Shown piece after piece: positions 1 through 11,439 of a stretch of DNA of 64,000 nt; within the stretch, counting starts at the first letter, position 1, and every line of letters starts with the position of its first letter. A program made the position numbers and the translations under genes. Source of the DNA: Mobula hypostoma (Eukaryota); assembly GCF_963921235.1 (NCBI RefSeq), contig NC_086106.1:22258001-22322000 (forward strand), written 5' to 3'. The notes under the pieces were generated by a model, which worked only from the letters and a program-made list of their open reading frames with translations, was not told the origin of the DNA and made no database searches.

Positions 1-269
1 TTCAAGGATGTTAGAAACGGAGAACAGAAAAATAAGTGTTATGATTTTATTATAGTCGTACAGTAACATTAACTGTTTACAGTCCTCATGAAGAATATAC
101 GTATATCTTAAGCATCATTGAGGTTATAACGTTCACGACAAGAAACATAAAGGCGTTTTTTTATGAGCTTTCAACACCATTTCCTTTTACGTCATACGTC
201 ATTCGTTTTGACGATGAAATTGATGTTTTGGCGTCAAGTCCGCAGATAATACGAAGTATGATGGAGGAA

Positions 270-1160
270 GAATGCGTTACATTGTGGAAGCTGAGATGAT
301 GGAGAAAGAATAAGACAGAATAGGCAAAGTTGTGCGGATGGGATTCAGCATCGGCAAGTGTACTGTCATGGGAAAAGGAGTAAGAGCGAACAGTATTTTC
401 GAAATAGATAGAAAATTCAAAAACTGGAGGTGCAAAGCGACTTGCGAGTTATCGTGAAACATTCATTACAGGTAATTTGGCAGATGGAGTCGGAGGTGAA
501 AAGGGGAACTGTGATATCTTCATTCATTTTGAGATGATGAACATATAATTGCAAGGCTGTAACGTTCAGGTTTTATAAAATCGTGTGAGACCTCACTGCA
601 ACTATCATGAGCAGTTCTTTACACCTTATCGAATTAATGATGTGTTGGCGTCGGGGAGAGTACAATTGTACACAAAAATGATTTCGTGGTTGAAAGTCTT
701 GTCACATGAGGGGCATTCGATGGTTCTCCAACATTACTGAAGGAATTTCAGAAAATAATTTGTGAACTCACTAATACCCACTGGTTGTTAAACGGTTTCA
801 ATAGGAAGGATGTGGAGAGGATATGACCTATGCTTGGGTGGTGGAGGGGGTGTTGTCATAGACCAAAAAACGCTGCCTCAGTAATCAGATTCGTCTTTTT
901 TGATGGGAGATGGGAAGGAATCTTATTGGACAGTGAGTGATAATCGATGGAATTAGTCACTGCAGGCGGCTGTGGAGGCCAGACAATTAAACATATTTCA
1001 GGCTGAGTTTGATAGATATTTTATTAGTTAAGGCATGAAGGGATAAGGGGAATTAAGAGATTGGGGATGAGAGGGGAAAGGGATCAGTCATGATGAAATG
1101 CTGGAGCCGAATCCAGAGGCCAAATGGCCAAATTCTGCTTCTGAGTATTGTGGTTTTATT
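270..1160 (+). mobile_element. Decayed CR1/HER1-type LINE 3' fragment
   Basis: Degenerate RT C-terminal sequence, then the typical tail (gcggctgtggaggcc...gatcagtcatgatgaaatg...gaggccaaatggcc...ctgcttc). Boundaries approximate. Confidence 0.55.
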
Positions 1161-1491
1161 ACTAAAATGCCATGATACTAACTGCGAAGTTCTCCAAATA
1201 CCGGTTTATTTGATATCACGTGCACTGAGCATCATCAACCGCAACATCAACCTGCGATCCCATTGTCACTAATGCAACTCTATCCATTAGGTGTCCGACA
1301 AAATGATATATAAACATAAAACACCGGACAGCCCAGCATGCCGTGAAGGTCACAGAGAACTCAGAGACACGATTGATGTTGTTGTTTTTTTTTTATTTGT
1401 TTTGCCTTTTTTTGATTTATTGATCAAGCAACTTTCTAAGATGTCGATACATTTCATGTTCATTGAAACCCTGGACAAATTCCACTACATA

Positions 1492-2267
1492 TGTTACGTA
1501 CAGCAGCAATAGATCACAAATTGAGTCAGGGTTTAATGTAAAAAAAAACACTATATTTATTAGTATCTACTCAAAATATAGAAAATGAAACGAAATAAAC
1601 AGAAGTTAACAGTGTTATGTCTCTGTGGCTCTCAAACTGTTAAGCTTAGGAACAGTTCCTAAAGTCTTAATAGGCAAACTAGAAAGCTCCAGTAATCCAT
1701 GGAATAAGTGAGGGGAGGGACTTGTAAATCCACATTTAAATGTCGCGGGGAGGCGATCACGAATGATTCCACAGGTTCCACGCCAGAAAAACGAAGTAAC
1801 AGTCGTCGGAGTTCTTATCCGTCGAGTCGTCCCGAACTCCATGTAAAAATATCACAAGATGACAGTCACGGAACATTCCTTAGCACAAGTGGTTAACACA
1901 TAACATACCCGAAACCATGTAAGGGTTAACAAAGTTGGTCGCCATAGGGTACGCCAAAAAAATCCACGTATGGAACATACGAACTGGCAGTCTTACATTC
2001 ATTGTGCACTGGGTGCTGTTAATCAACCCAATTCACAGGGCACGGCAAAGTAGCAGACTTTAATTATGTTGGAGCAAGCTACACCCAGCAGCTTGTGGTC
2101 CAAAGCTCCCACTCTCTCTCTCTCTCTCTTTCCTTCTGAAAGTCCCAGCGGTCTGTTGCAGCTTGTTACACTGGCGACATTGTCCCGCCTCGTCCAGACG
2201 TTTAAAGGTGACACACACAGTGAACCAAACCATGGTCAGCTAATGTACAGTATTGACTCTCTCCACA
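1492..2267. repeat. Possible solo-LTR-like repeat
   Basis: TGT...ACA ends, internal tttatt (aataaa on minus) and a (ct)n tract. No TSD found. Confidence 0.25.
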
Positions 2268-3475
2268 TCCAGCATTTTTAAAATACCATACTGACACTAC
2301 CGCCAACTGACAGCTACTCAACAATAACTTCCTCAGATTCAGACCATCGTTTTCTGCAAATAATAATTAAATCTCTGTTGAATTATCGCGTGCCACTGGC
2401 AAGAAAACAATTTTTGACTGATTGTGACAACTGGAGACCCTGCTGACATTCAAGTTGACAGCCACAGTTTCAGAAACAACTAAGTAGTCAAACTTTGCAA
2501 AGAGCGGCAAAGTTGAATGTCTTCATTAAGTCATTTTTCAAATTCAATTATACTCAGTTATGTGCTGTCTATGTCCACGGATGGCACGTCCCGGATACTG
2601 ATAATGCAGCCTCCAGTAGTCTCCAGAGGGATGCGCTCGCACACGTACACGAGTATTCCAGAATGTCATTCCACCTTTCGAACACCGGATGGCAGCACCA
2701 ACGAGAGATACTGGCATCTCGTCGAGTTTTGACGCCTTGTTACATCACCTCCTACATCTCTTCTACTGGACTGCAGCAACAAGAATATCGGCGACCAATG
2801 AGCTGGTCTGCACAACAATCGTGCAACTGATTTCGAGCCAAAGAATAAGGGAAATAGACCTACTGTATATAACATGATTAATGTCTATTGTTGCTGTGGG
2901 ATATGCTGTCAAAAAGTTATGGAAATGGTTTGGAAATTATCTTCACTTGAAAAGAACGGCAAAAGAACGTTATAAATGCAAATAATCCCCGTATTTCTGT
3001 AGTCGTTTGCATTTATTGTTGGAATTGAAAAAAAAAACGATTGCAGCACATTTTCTTGCTATGGCAATCGACAAACTGATATTTGGAATCTTCCCTTCAC
3101 TTTATTCTCTCGGTGCATGAAAGCATTCACCACTAATTACCTGAATATATTTCAGCTCTTTGTTGCTCGAAATTCATTATAATTTATTCCTGGACTATGA
3201 TCACAAATCACGAATGACGTTCGGGTCTTGGGAACTAGAAATGACCCAAAACTTTGAAAGTAAACAATTCTCCATGCAGTTCAATACTAAAGGTTCTCGC
3301 CAGTCTACAGATACTGAATACAATACTGCATCATGCACGTGGTACAATGGACCTTCTGAAATACGGAGGAGACACTAACTACGCATATTTAGATGATATA
3401 ATCAGGAAAATGGGAAACCGCAAACACACGTGCATAACAACTGTACAGGCGTCATCTGGCATAAAAGTATTTTTT

Positions 3476-3514
3476 TTTCTCTGCGAGTGTTTTGCAATTT
3501 TCCAGAATTCTGTG
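3476..3514 (-). promoter_or_regulatory. Degenerate 23-RSS of the split V pseudogene
   Basis: CACAGAA (3514-3508), 23-nt spacer, then GCAGAGAAA, directly after the V end ...VYCYVL. The nonamer is a poor match. Confidence 0.45.
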
Positions 3515-5131
3515 CACAGGACATAACAATAAACTGGAAAGTCACTGTGTTACAACAGCCAAATACATAATCTGTTGGAAGGGGGTGGCTTGGAACGGTC
3601 CCAAGTGCAAGACACAGTCACTGAAGTACTAGGGTCATGGCTAGGACACAGGGCGATGGCAGGGACATGGACAGGAAAACCAGGAACCCGGAACAGGACT
3701 GGACAAAAGAGCTGGATCCCGGGCTTGGACTCTTAGCCAGAGACTGGACAGGGACCAAGTACTTGGATCATTCCTCTGGCTCGGACCTTAGAACTAGGCA
3801 AGGGCGAGGCTTGGCTGGCAGGCAGGACGAGGCTGGAGTCTTAGAGACTTGAGGCGAGGCCTGGCCGGAGGAAGAAGACATTAGGCGAGGCTTGGCAGGA
3901 GGCAGGAGACTTGAGGCGAGGCTTGGCAGGAGGCAGGAGACTGGAGTCTTCAGGCTAGAGGATGGAGACTTGAGGAGAGGTTTGGCAGGAAACAGGCGGC
4001 TAGAGACTTGAGACGAGGCTTGACAGGAGGCAGGAGGCTGGAGTCTTCAGACTTGAGGCTTGGGGCTAGAGGTGAGGATTGGCAGGAGGCAAGAGGCTAG
4101 AGAATTCAGGCTTGATGTTTGAGGCTAGAGGCGAGGCTTGGCAGGTGGTGGATGGACTCCGAACCAGAAACTGGACAAGGATCCAGTACATCTGTCTTGT
4201 CTCTGGCTGTGACCCCAGAACTAGGAAAGGACGAGGTTTGGCAGGCAGGCAGGACGAGGATGGAGTCTTCGGGCATGAGGCTAAAGGCGAAGCTTTGCAG
4301 GAGACAGGAGGCTGGAGCCTTCAGGCTTGAGGCTTGAGGCGAGAGGCGAGGCTTGGCAGGCGGCACGAGGCAAGAGTCGAGGTTAGGCAGGAGGCTGGAG
4401 CCTTCAGTCTTGAGACTAGGCAGAAGGCTGGAGACTTCAGTCTTGATGCTAGGCCTGTTCCTCCCGGGCAGGGCGCGGTACTCCTGGGCACGCCACGGAA
4501 CACCTGGGCAGGGCGCGGATCACCTAGGCAGGGCGCGATACTCTTGGGCAGGGCGCGGTACTCTTGGGCAGGGCGCGGTACTCCTGGGCAGGTCGCGGAT
4601 CAACAGACGACAGAGGCAAGGGACAGGAAGGGAGCTAGGTACAGGGTGGCTCCAGGACAAAACTGCAGGCCAGACGAGGCCAGAGTTACCAGCAAGACAA
4701 GGCAAGGCTTCAGGCAATGCAAGGCAAGACGAGAACTACAGGTGAGGCGAGTGTTACCGGCAAGACAAGGGAAGGCTTCGGGAAAAGCAGGCGAGACGAA
4801 AACTTTAGACGAGGCGACAGTTACCGGCAAGACAAGGCAGGACTTCAGGTGAGGAAACAGAAGGCAGTGGAAGAGATACAAGGAGTAAGTACAAGATCAA
4901 TCCAGCAGCCACGCCCTGTACTCTGGAGTTATTTATGCTACCAGCTCCAACAGGCATCACAGGCATCTGCTGCCTTAATTAGTGTTTAACAGTAACACAA
5001 ACAGGGTCGACAGGAAAACCTGGAGCAAACGTCCATGCACTGGATCGTGAACCGGAATACGGACTTCACGGACCGGACCATGACAGGAATCCCCCCAACC
5101 TTCCCCCGCCCCGTCTCACCCCCCTCCCCCG

Positions 5132-5164
<33 letters not shown>

Positions 5165-7228
5165 GACAGGCGGCCAAACAGAGCATCCAGACGATGGGCG
5201 ACCCGGGAGGGTGGGAGGGTGTTTAACAGAAAAGAACCACGGGTGGCAGGAGGGAAAGGATAGTGTCTGTGTCGCAGTGTCCATGGTTGGCTGGATTGTT
5301 CTGTTGCACGGTGGTGGCTTGGGACGGACCCAAGTGCAAAGCACAAGCACTGATGGACTAGGGACAGGAGTAGGATGCAGGGCGATTTCAAGAACATGGA
5401 CAGGAAAACCAGTAACCCGGAACAGGACTGGCCAAAAGAGCTTGGAGCCCGGAATTGGACTCGGAGCCAGAGACTGGACAGGGACCCAGTACCTGGGTCT
5501 TGCCTCTGGCTCGGACTTCAGAACTAGGCAAGGACGAGGCTTCGCTGGCAGGCAGGACGAGGCTGGAGACAGAGACCTGAGGCGAGGCTTGGCTGGCAGG
5601 CAGGACGAGTCTGGAGTCTTAGAGATTTGACGCGAGGCTTGGCAGGAGGCAGGAGACTTGAGACGAAGCTTGGCAGAAGGCAGGAGACTTGAGACGAGGC
5701 TTTTGAAGAGGAAGGAGACTTGAGGCGGGGCTTGGCAGGAGGCAGGATGGACTCCGAGCCAGAGACTGGGCAAGGACCAAATACCTGGGACTGCCTCTGA
5801 CTCGGACCCCAGAACTAGGCCTGGACGAGGCTTGGCTGGCAGGCAGGACGAGACTGGAGTCTCAGAGACTTGGGGCGAGGCTTGGCAGGAGGCATGAGGT
5901 TGGAGTCTTCAGGCATGAGGATTGAGGCTAGAGGCGAGGCTTGGCAGGAGGCAGGATGGACTCCGAGCCAGAGACTGGACAAGGACCCAATACCTGGGAC
6001 TTGCCCCTGATTCGGACCCCAGAACTAGGCAAGGACGAGACTTGGCAGGCAGGCAGGACGAGGTTGGAGTCTTCAGGCCTGAGGCTAGAGGCGAGGCTTG
6101 GCAGGAAACAGGAGGCTGGCGTCCCCAGGCTTGAGGTTTGAGGCTAGAGGCGAGGCGTGTCAGGAGGCAGGAGGTTGGCGTCCTCAGCCTTGAGGTTTGA
6201 GGCTAGAGGTGAGGCTTGGCAGGAGGCAGGAGGCTAGAGACGGTGCTAGGCAAGAGGCTGGAGCCTTCAGTCTTGAGGCTAGGCAGGAGGCTGGAGCCTT
6301 CAGGCTTGAGGCTAGGCAAGAGGCTGGAGTCATCAGGTTTGAGGCTAGGTAGGCACGTGGGCAGGGGGCGGTACTCCTGGGCAGGTCGCGGATCACCCAG
6401 GCAAGGGAGCAGATCACCTGGGCAGGGCGCGGACCACCACCCGAGAGAGGCAAGGGACAGGAAGGGACAGAACCAACCACAGGTAACGGCAAGACGGTCA
6501 GGCTTACCTGGGCGGAAGCAAGGGACAGGAAGGGAGCTAGGCATTCGGTGGCTTCAGGACAAGACTGCAGGCGAGACGAGACGAGAGTTACCAGCAAGAC
6601 AAGAGAAAGCTTCAGGCAATGCAAAGCGAGACGAGAACTTCAGGTGCGGCGACAGGTACCGGCAAGTCAAGGCAAGGCTTCAGGCAATGCAAGGCGAGAC
6701 GAGAGCTTCAGGTGAGGCAACAGTTACCGGCAAGACAAGGCAGGGCTTCAAGCGAAGAAACAGAAGACAGAGGAAGGGATACAACGAGTAAGGTCAAGAA
6801 CAGTCCAACAACCACGCACTGGTCTCTGGAGGTATTTATGCCGCCAGCCCCAACAGGCATCAGCTGCCTTAATTAGTGCTTAACAGGAACATAAACAGGG
6901 TAGACAGGAAAACCTAGAGCAAGGGTCAATGGACCGGACCGTGAACCGAAATACGGACTTCACGGACCGGTCCATGACATAATCTGATTATGTAATTCGC
7001 GGTGTTCAACTCGACAGAGAAACGTGTTTCTGCAACTGTGCCTTCCATTCGTCATCATCGACACCCTTCCACAGAGTGTACTGTGGCTGCGTACCCGGCC
7101 GCTATCGGGACCGGAATAATGTCTACCTTTTCGATTAGGATAGTAGGGACAATCTGATGTAGCCGCTTCTTCTTCCTTCGTGATTTCTGTGGGCAATCGC
7201 TGAGTGATAGATTGTCAATGAATATTAC
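3515..7228 (-). pseudogene. TCR delta/alpha-type V pseudogene split by an LTR element (5' part 6980-7228, 3' part 3515-3572)
   Basis: Acceptor ttttggtcAG|GT at 7229/7228. Exon reads GNIH*QSITQRLPTEITKEEEAATSDCPYY..., TLFRSR*RPGTQPQYTLWKG..., AETRFSVELNTANYIIRL. After removing the insert and one TSD it continues in frame CIWLL*HSDFPVYCYVL (cf. SDSAVYYCAL). Broken leader remnant with a gtgagt donor at 7285. Confidence 0.8.
3573..6979 (-). mobile_element. Non-autonomous Gypsy-like LTR retroelement (LTRs 3573-5085 and 5302-6979, 216-bp interior)
   Basis: TG...CA termini, TSD TAATC at 3568-3572 and 6980-6984, two homologous ~1.5-1.7-kb direct repeats. The minus-strand interior starts gaacaatccagccaaccATGGAC (gag-start-like) and ends in a G-rich polypurine tract next to the LTR. 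Confidence 0.85.
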
Positions 7229-7475
7229 CTGACCAAAAAAAAAAATCGAGATGTCGATGAGCCGTTGTTTCATATTATTACTCACAAGGAAAAAGAAGGC
7301 GAAACGCACATGCTATGCAATTACTTTGTAGGAATTTTAATCACGCAACATAAAAGAGGAGAAGCCACATTTCTTGTTTCGATCTGGAAAATCTGGGTTG
7401 CAGTTATATACAGACCGTCTTTTGTAACCCGACAGCTTTTAAATTTTGGGATAGGTGCTCGTCACTGTACGGCAT

Positions 7476-7555
7476 AAGGATCCGCGTAGATCTACGTAGG
7501 GTTCGCGGCTACGCCGTAACTACGGCGACCATTTAACGCAGAATGTAAATTAGCC
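7476..7555. repeat. Possible Harbinger-like MITE end
   Basis: Reverse complement begins ggctaatttacattctgcgt with ctacgccgta-type internal palindromes, flanked by TAA. Recognised by resemblance only. Confidence 0.3.
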
Positions 7556-7740
7556 TTAATTAGCTGCTGTCGCTTTTCAGTGTGTTATCAACTGTTTATA
7601 TCGTAACATTATTGGTGCAACAATGGTATTAGATGGAAGCTGGCTCGGAGAAACGAACCTCTCCGAATCTTCAAAGGGATTTTTTTCACGATCTTCACGA
7701 ACAGAAGACGTCTCTGTGTTTAGTTAATTCAAGGAATCGT

Positions 7741-7815
7741 GCTGTTGTAAATATATAGCAAATCCTTTGCAATAAATCTCAAACAATAGAATAGATATCG
7801 GTACGCCCAAAAACC
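7741..7815 (-). pseudogene. Possible decayed J segment with 12-RSS nonamer
   Basis: GGTTTTTGG (8/9 nonamer, 7815-7807) plus 12 nt, but the heptamer position reads CTATTCT. Downstream IYCKGFAIYLQ weakly resembles FGKGT. Confidence 0.2.
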
Positions 7816-9449
7816 ATTCCCTCGCACTTGTTGGGTGGGGCTAATTGGAAGCAAGGAATTGAAACTACTTCTGTGCAGCTCTTATGTTATGCATGAAGTA
7901 GTCACAATTTGCCTCTCTTCGGAGGTAAATCTGAAGAGGTACTAGACTTTGGAGAAATTTAGACACATCCCAGTTAAAATCAACCTTTTCCAAATCTCAA
8001 CAAGTCATTCGTATTCACCGATAACCCACAGGTCTGCCTCAATGTTAAATGGATTCCATACTAAAACCAGCATTGTTCGATGAATTTCTTAACAATTTAG
8101 CTTTCTTAAGGCTAATCCATTTTCACTTTACGTACTGTGTTAGGGTTTCATGTTGCCTATTGCAATCAGGTCAATCTTCACTTATTTCAGCTCTCTTGAT
8201 TTCAGATTTTGCATAATTTCTTGATTATAATTCGTTCTCTTTTCATTTATGGCCACTTGTCTTTTTATTGCATTGTATGAATTTGGAAAGTCGCGCAGCT
8301 CAAAAAGATGGAAAGGCCAGACAAAATTCTGGTTTAAAGGCCGAAGGCTTGAGATCAATAATCAACCGATACTCGTACCCATCCTGCAAATCTGAGTAAT
8401 GTCTTTTCCACAGACGCCAGGCTAATCCTTTCAGTCATTATTGTCATCCCCATTATCAACAATTTTGCGTAGTGAGCCAAAGCCATCTATTACCATCTGC
8501 ATACAATCTATTGGCATCTACATAAAAGTAGACTGCTCTCCTAATGCTACACTTAGCTTTCACTAGGACCTCACTTTTATGCACAAGAAGCTAATAACTA
8601 ATCTGCGTTTCGGTGCAATTCGTGGTTCCGATTACGTGAAAGAAACATATGAAAATGAGGAATCACTAAATCCTGAATTTATTAAAAAAAATACATTAAA
8701 AAAATGTACAACAGCGACTATTCCTCAGTGGCTGATCTGATTTTACATAGAGGTCAAAGCTTTGTACCTTGTGGGATTCAATCATTTTAACCCAATGCAT
8801 TGGTGCTCATAAGATGGCTTTCTGGACTCAGACCCTTTTTTGATGTTCCGTCCATCAGACATTTGATTGAACAGTGATGGATATTGTTAAGCTCAATTGA
8901 CATCTCGATATAAAAAAAGGCGTCTACCGTTGCATTTACTTACACCTACAGGGATAAATCAGATCGAATATTACCGGCACAGAACTGGACAACTGTTAAC
9001 TACAGCAAACGAATTCGATCTTCATACCCATCTTCACTTGTGTAATTCACGGTATAACTAATCCGTCACCAGGATGTCGACACACAACGCGATACATACG
9101 CTGGGGATTGTGGAGGGTTACGGCTATCGGTTTGTCTAAATTGTATCCTTGTTCAATCCAATTTACTTTTTTTATGTTAATTCTCATGTAATTGGAATGT
9201 GGTTATTGTTTTCCATCAACTAATGAAACATGCTATTCTCCTTATATACATCTGGTCAGCTTGATGCAACGGATGTTGGAGATCAGTCGATTCGTTGACC
9301 GTTGTCACTGTCCACCAATAACATGGATTAATTCCAATTCTTCATTCCCGTAAATACTACTAGACAATTACTGGACTGTAGTCACTGCGGGTGGCAGGAA
9401 ATAACAGCATCCAAAAATAAACTTCGAGTACAAATTCTGGAACGGGGTA

Positions 9450-9718
9450 CACTGTGATTCACTCCGCATTAAATCCTGCATAAACGCCGGAATTTTGGAA
9501 GGCGTGTCGTTAATGGCCAAAAGGTACGATTGACCGTTGCATTTCAAATAATAAATGCTTAAGAGCGTCCCCTCATCGGATTGAAAAACTTATAGTCGTG
9601 CTTGTTGTGCCAGTCCTCTGTATTTTCCAACTTCCCATCCTTAAGCCACACACCTTCAGAGTAACTTCTTCGTGTAGGACATTTTGCGGATCTTAGATTT
9701 ATTGCCAGGCATGTACAC
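9450..9718 (-). pseudogene. Possible highly decayed short V-domain exon (NAR-type spacing) ending in a perfect heptamer
   Basis: Pieces GVHAWQ*I*DPQNVLHEEVTLK / CVA*GWEVGKYR / DWHNK...NATVN / SYLLAINDT / FQNSGVY, then CACAGTG at 9456-9450. Needs about four frameshifts. No nonamer. Confidence 0.3.
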
Positions 9719-10209
9719 CGAAGCGAATGACGCCATAGTTCTCGCTGCATCGACAATTTCACCTTCTCAATTGGTAATTCTCCTAAAATGTGGTTCGAAC
9801 CGAATGTGTCTCAAATCGAATGCATCTTTTTCTGGATGTGATATCTGTTCGAGGAAACGGCGATTGTCGTTTTGCCACCGAATGAGAACAATGTTATTTA
9901 TGGTTGTGCTGGCGGTTTTCTGATGTTATGATAATAATATTGCAGCTGAACATCAGAAAAATTAATACACAGTGGAATAAATTGGTTAGTATCGACAAAT
10001 GCATGTTGAGGACTCCAATTCCGTTCCTCACTGCAGATGGCATTCACTACGCCGATAAGCTACTGCAGACATTCGGCAGCAGATACCAATTCAGTGTCCG
10101 ACGTGGGAAGATGTAACACATGCAGACTAGATTCATGTTGTTCCAAAGATATGCTTCCCGTCACAGGGTTAGCCCTAAAATAACAAAATATACAAAATAA
10201 TAATAAAAA

Positions 10210-11250
10210 AAACTGCATCTGCCTGTAGCGACGGATTCCATCGATTCACCACTCTTTGACTAACACAAATCCTCCTCATACCCGTTTTAAAAGGACGATC
10301 ATCTATTTTGAGGCTGTGTCCTCTCCCACCTTAGGAAACATCCTCTTAAAGTCTATGCTATCAAGGACTTTCACTGTCAGATATGTTTCATGAGGTCACC
10401 CCCCATTTTACATATCCAGAGCCATCAAACGCACCTAATGTGACCAAACACATAACCCTGTAATCAATTGTCTAAGCACTCTCCAGTTTTAGCACATCCT
10501 ATCTAAGTTATAGGGTCCACACCAAGTGCGGCCTCGGCTGTTCTTTTAAATTTTCAATATTGTATTCCTACCTTTATATTCTCAACCTCTTCAAATGAAT
10601 TTTAATCTTCAATTTGCCTAACTCACGACTGTCTCCATAGGGAAATCTATCTTACGATAATCCTGCACCACAGTCCATTGTAATTCCTCTCCATTTCGAA
10701 AGCATTCTACCCTTTCTGTTATTCTGATATAGTGCTATAACATACACTTCTCGACACTGTATTTAGATTTATTTTTATTGCCCATTTTCTTAATCTGTCT
10801 AATTCATTCTGCAGCCTTCTTATTTCGTTGAATCTACTGCCCCCTTCAAATGTTCATATCGACTTTAAAATTTTGCATCATAGCCATCAATTCCATAAGG
10901 TAAAATTTCCAGAAGTATAGTAAAGACCCACCCCCCCCCCAAAAAAAAAGTCCCAGAGCATACACCCGTGGAACATGACGAGTCTTCAGCAGCCATGCAG
11001 AAACGGCTATATTCATTCCCACTCGTTGCCTCCTGCCGATCAGCCAGTGCTTTATCCATGGTAGTATCTTCCCTGTGGTAGTGTGGGTTCGTAGCATTCT
11101 TATCCCTGGCGCCATGTAAATGTTCATAATGGAAATCTAACTGTCGAACGTCCGCCGTGTCTCCTTTGCCTTTTCCTACCTTTATGTGTTCAAAGAATTC
11201 CAACAGATTTGGAAGAAAGTGTCACCTCCCCCGACCCCGCCCCGAGGAAA
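10210..11250 (-). mobile_element. Decayed CR1-type LINE RT fragment
   Basis: Minus-strand remnants such as KHWLIGRRQRVGMN and typical CR1 3' sequence. Multiple frameshifts. Confidence 0.6.
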
Positions 11251-11439
11251 GAGTGCTGAGTACGGCGTATTTAATAATTTGCCTAGGAGTACACCGTGGT
11301 CAGACCTTTAATAAACGATTCCAACATCTTCCCAGACACTGAGGGCAGACTATCTGGCATATATTTTCATTTCGTCTATTTCTCTACATTCTTAAAAAGC
11401 AGAATGAATTTGCAATTATCGAGAGAATTAAATTGAAGC

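Noticed and set aside
2555-2735. Minus-strand V-like scraps (ASKLDEMPVSLVGAAIRC..., GCIISIRDV)
   Set aside because: No conserved Trp in register, no RSS, and several frameshifts needed. Indistinguishable from chance by eye.
3543-3549. Perfect CACAGTG (minus) inside FR3 of the split V
   Set aside because: It simply encodes His-Ser, has no nonamer at 12 or 23 nt, and lies in a dead gene.
3637-6876. Many overlapping 60-235 aa ORFs on both strands (also 27873-29544)
   Set aside because: They are translations of GC-rich tandem repeats inside LTRs, low complexity, with no domain motifs.
9968-10003. CACAGTG heptamers at 9968, 2216 and similar sites
   Set aside because: No nonamer at 12 or 23 nt and no adjacent V/D/J coding sequence. 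Expected by chance in 64 kb.
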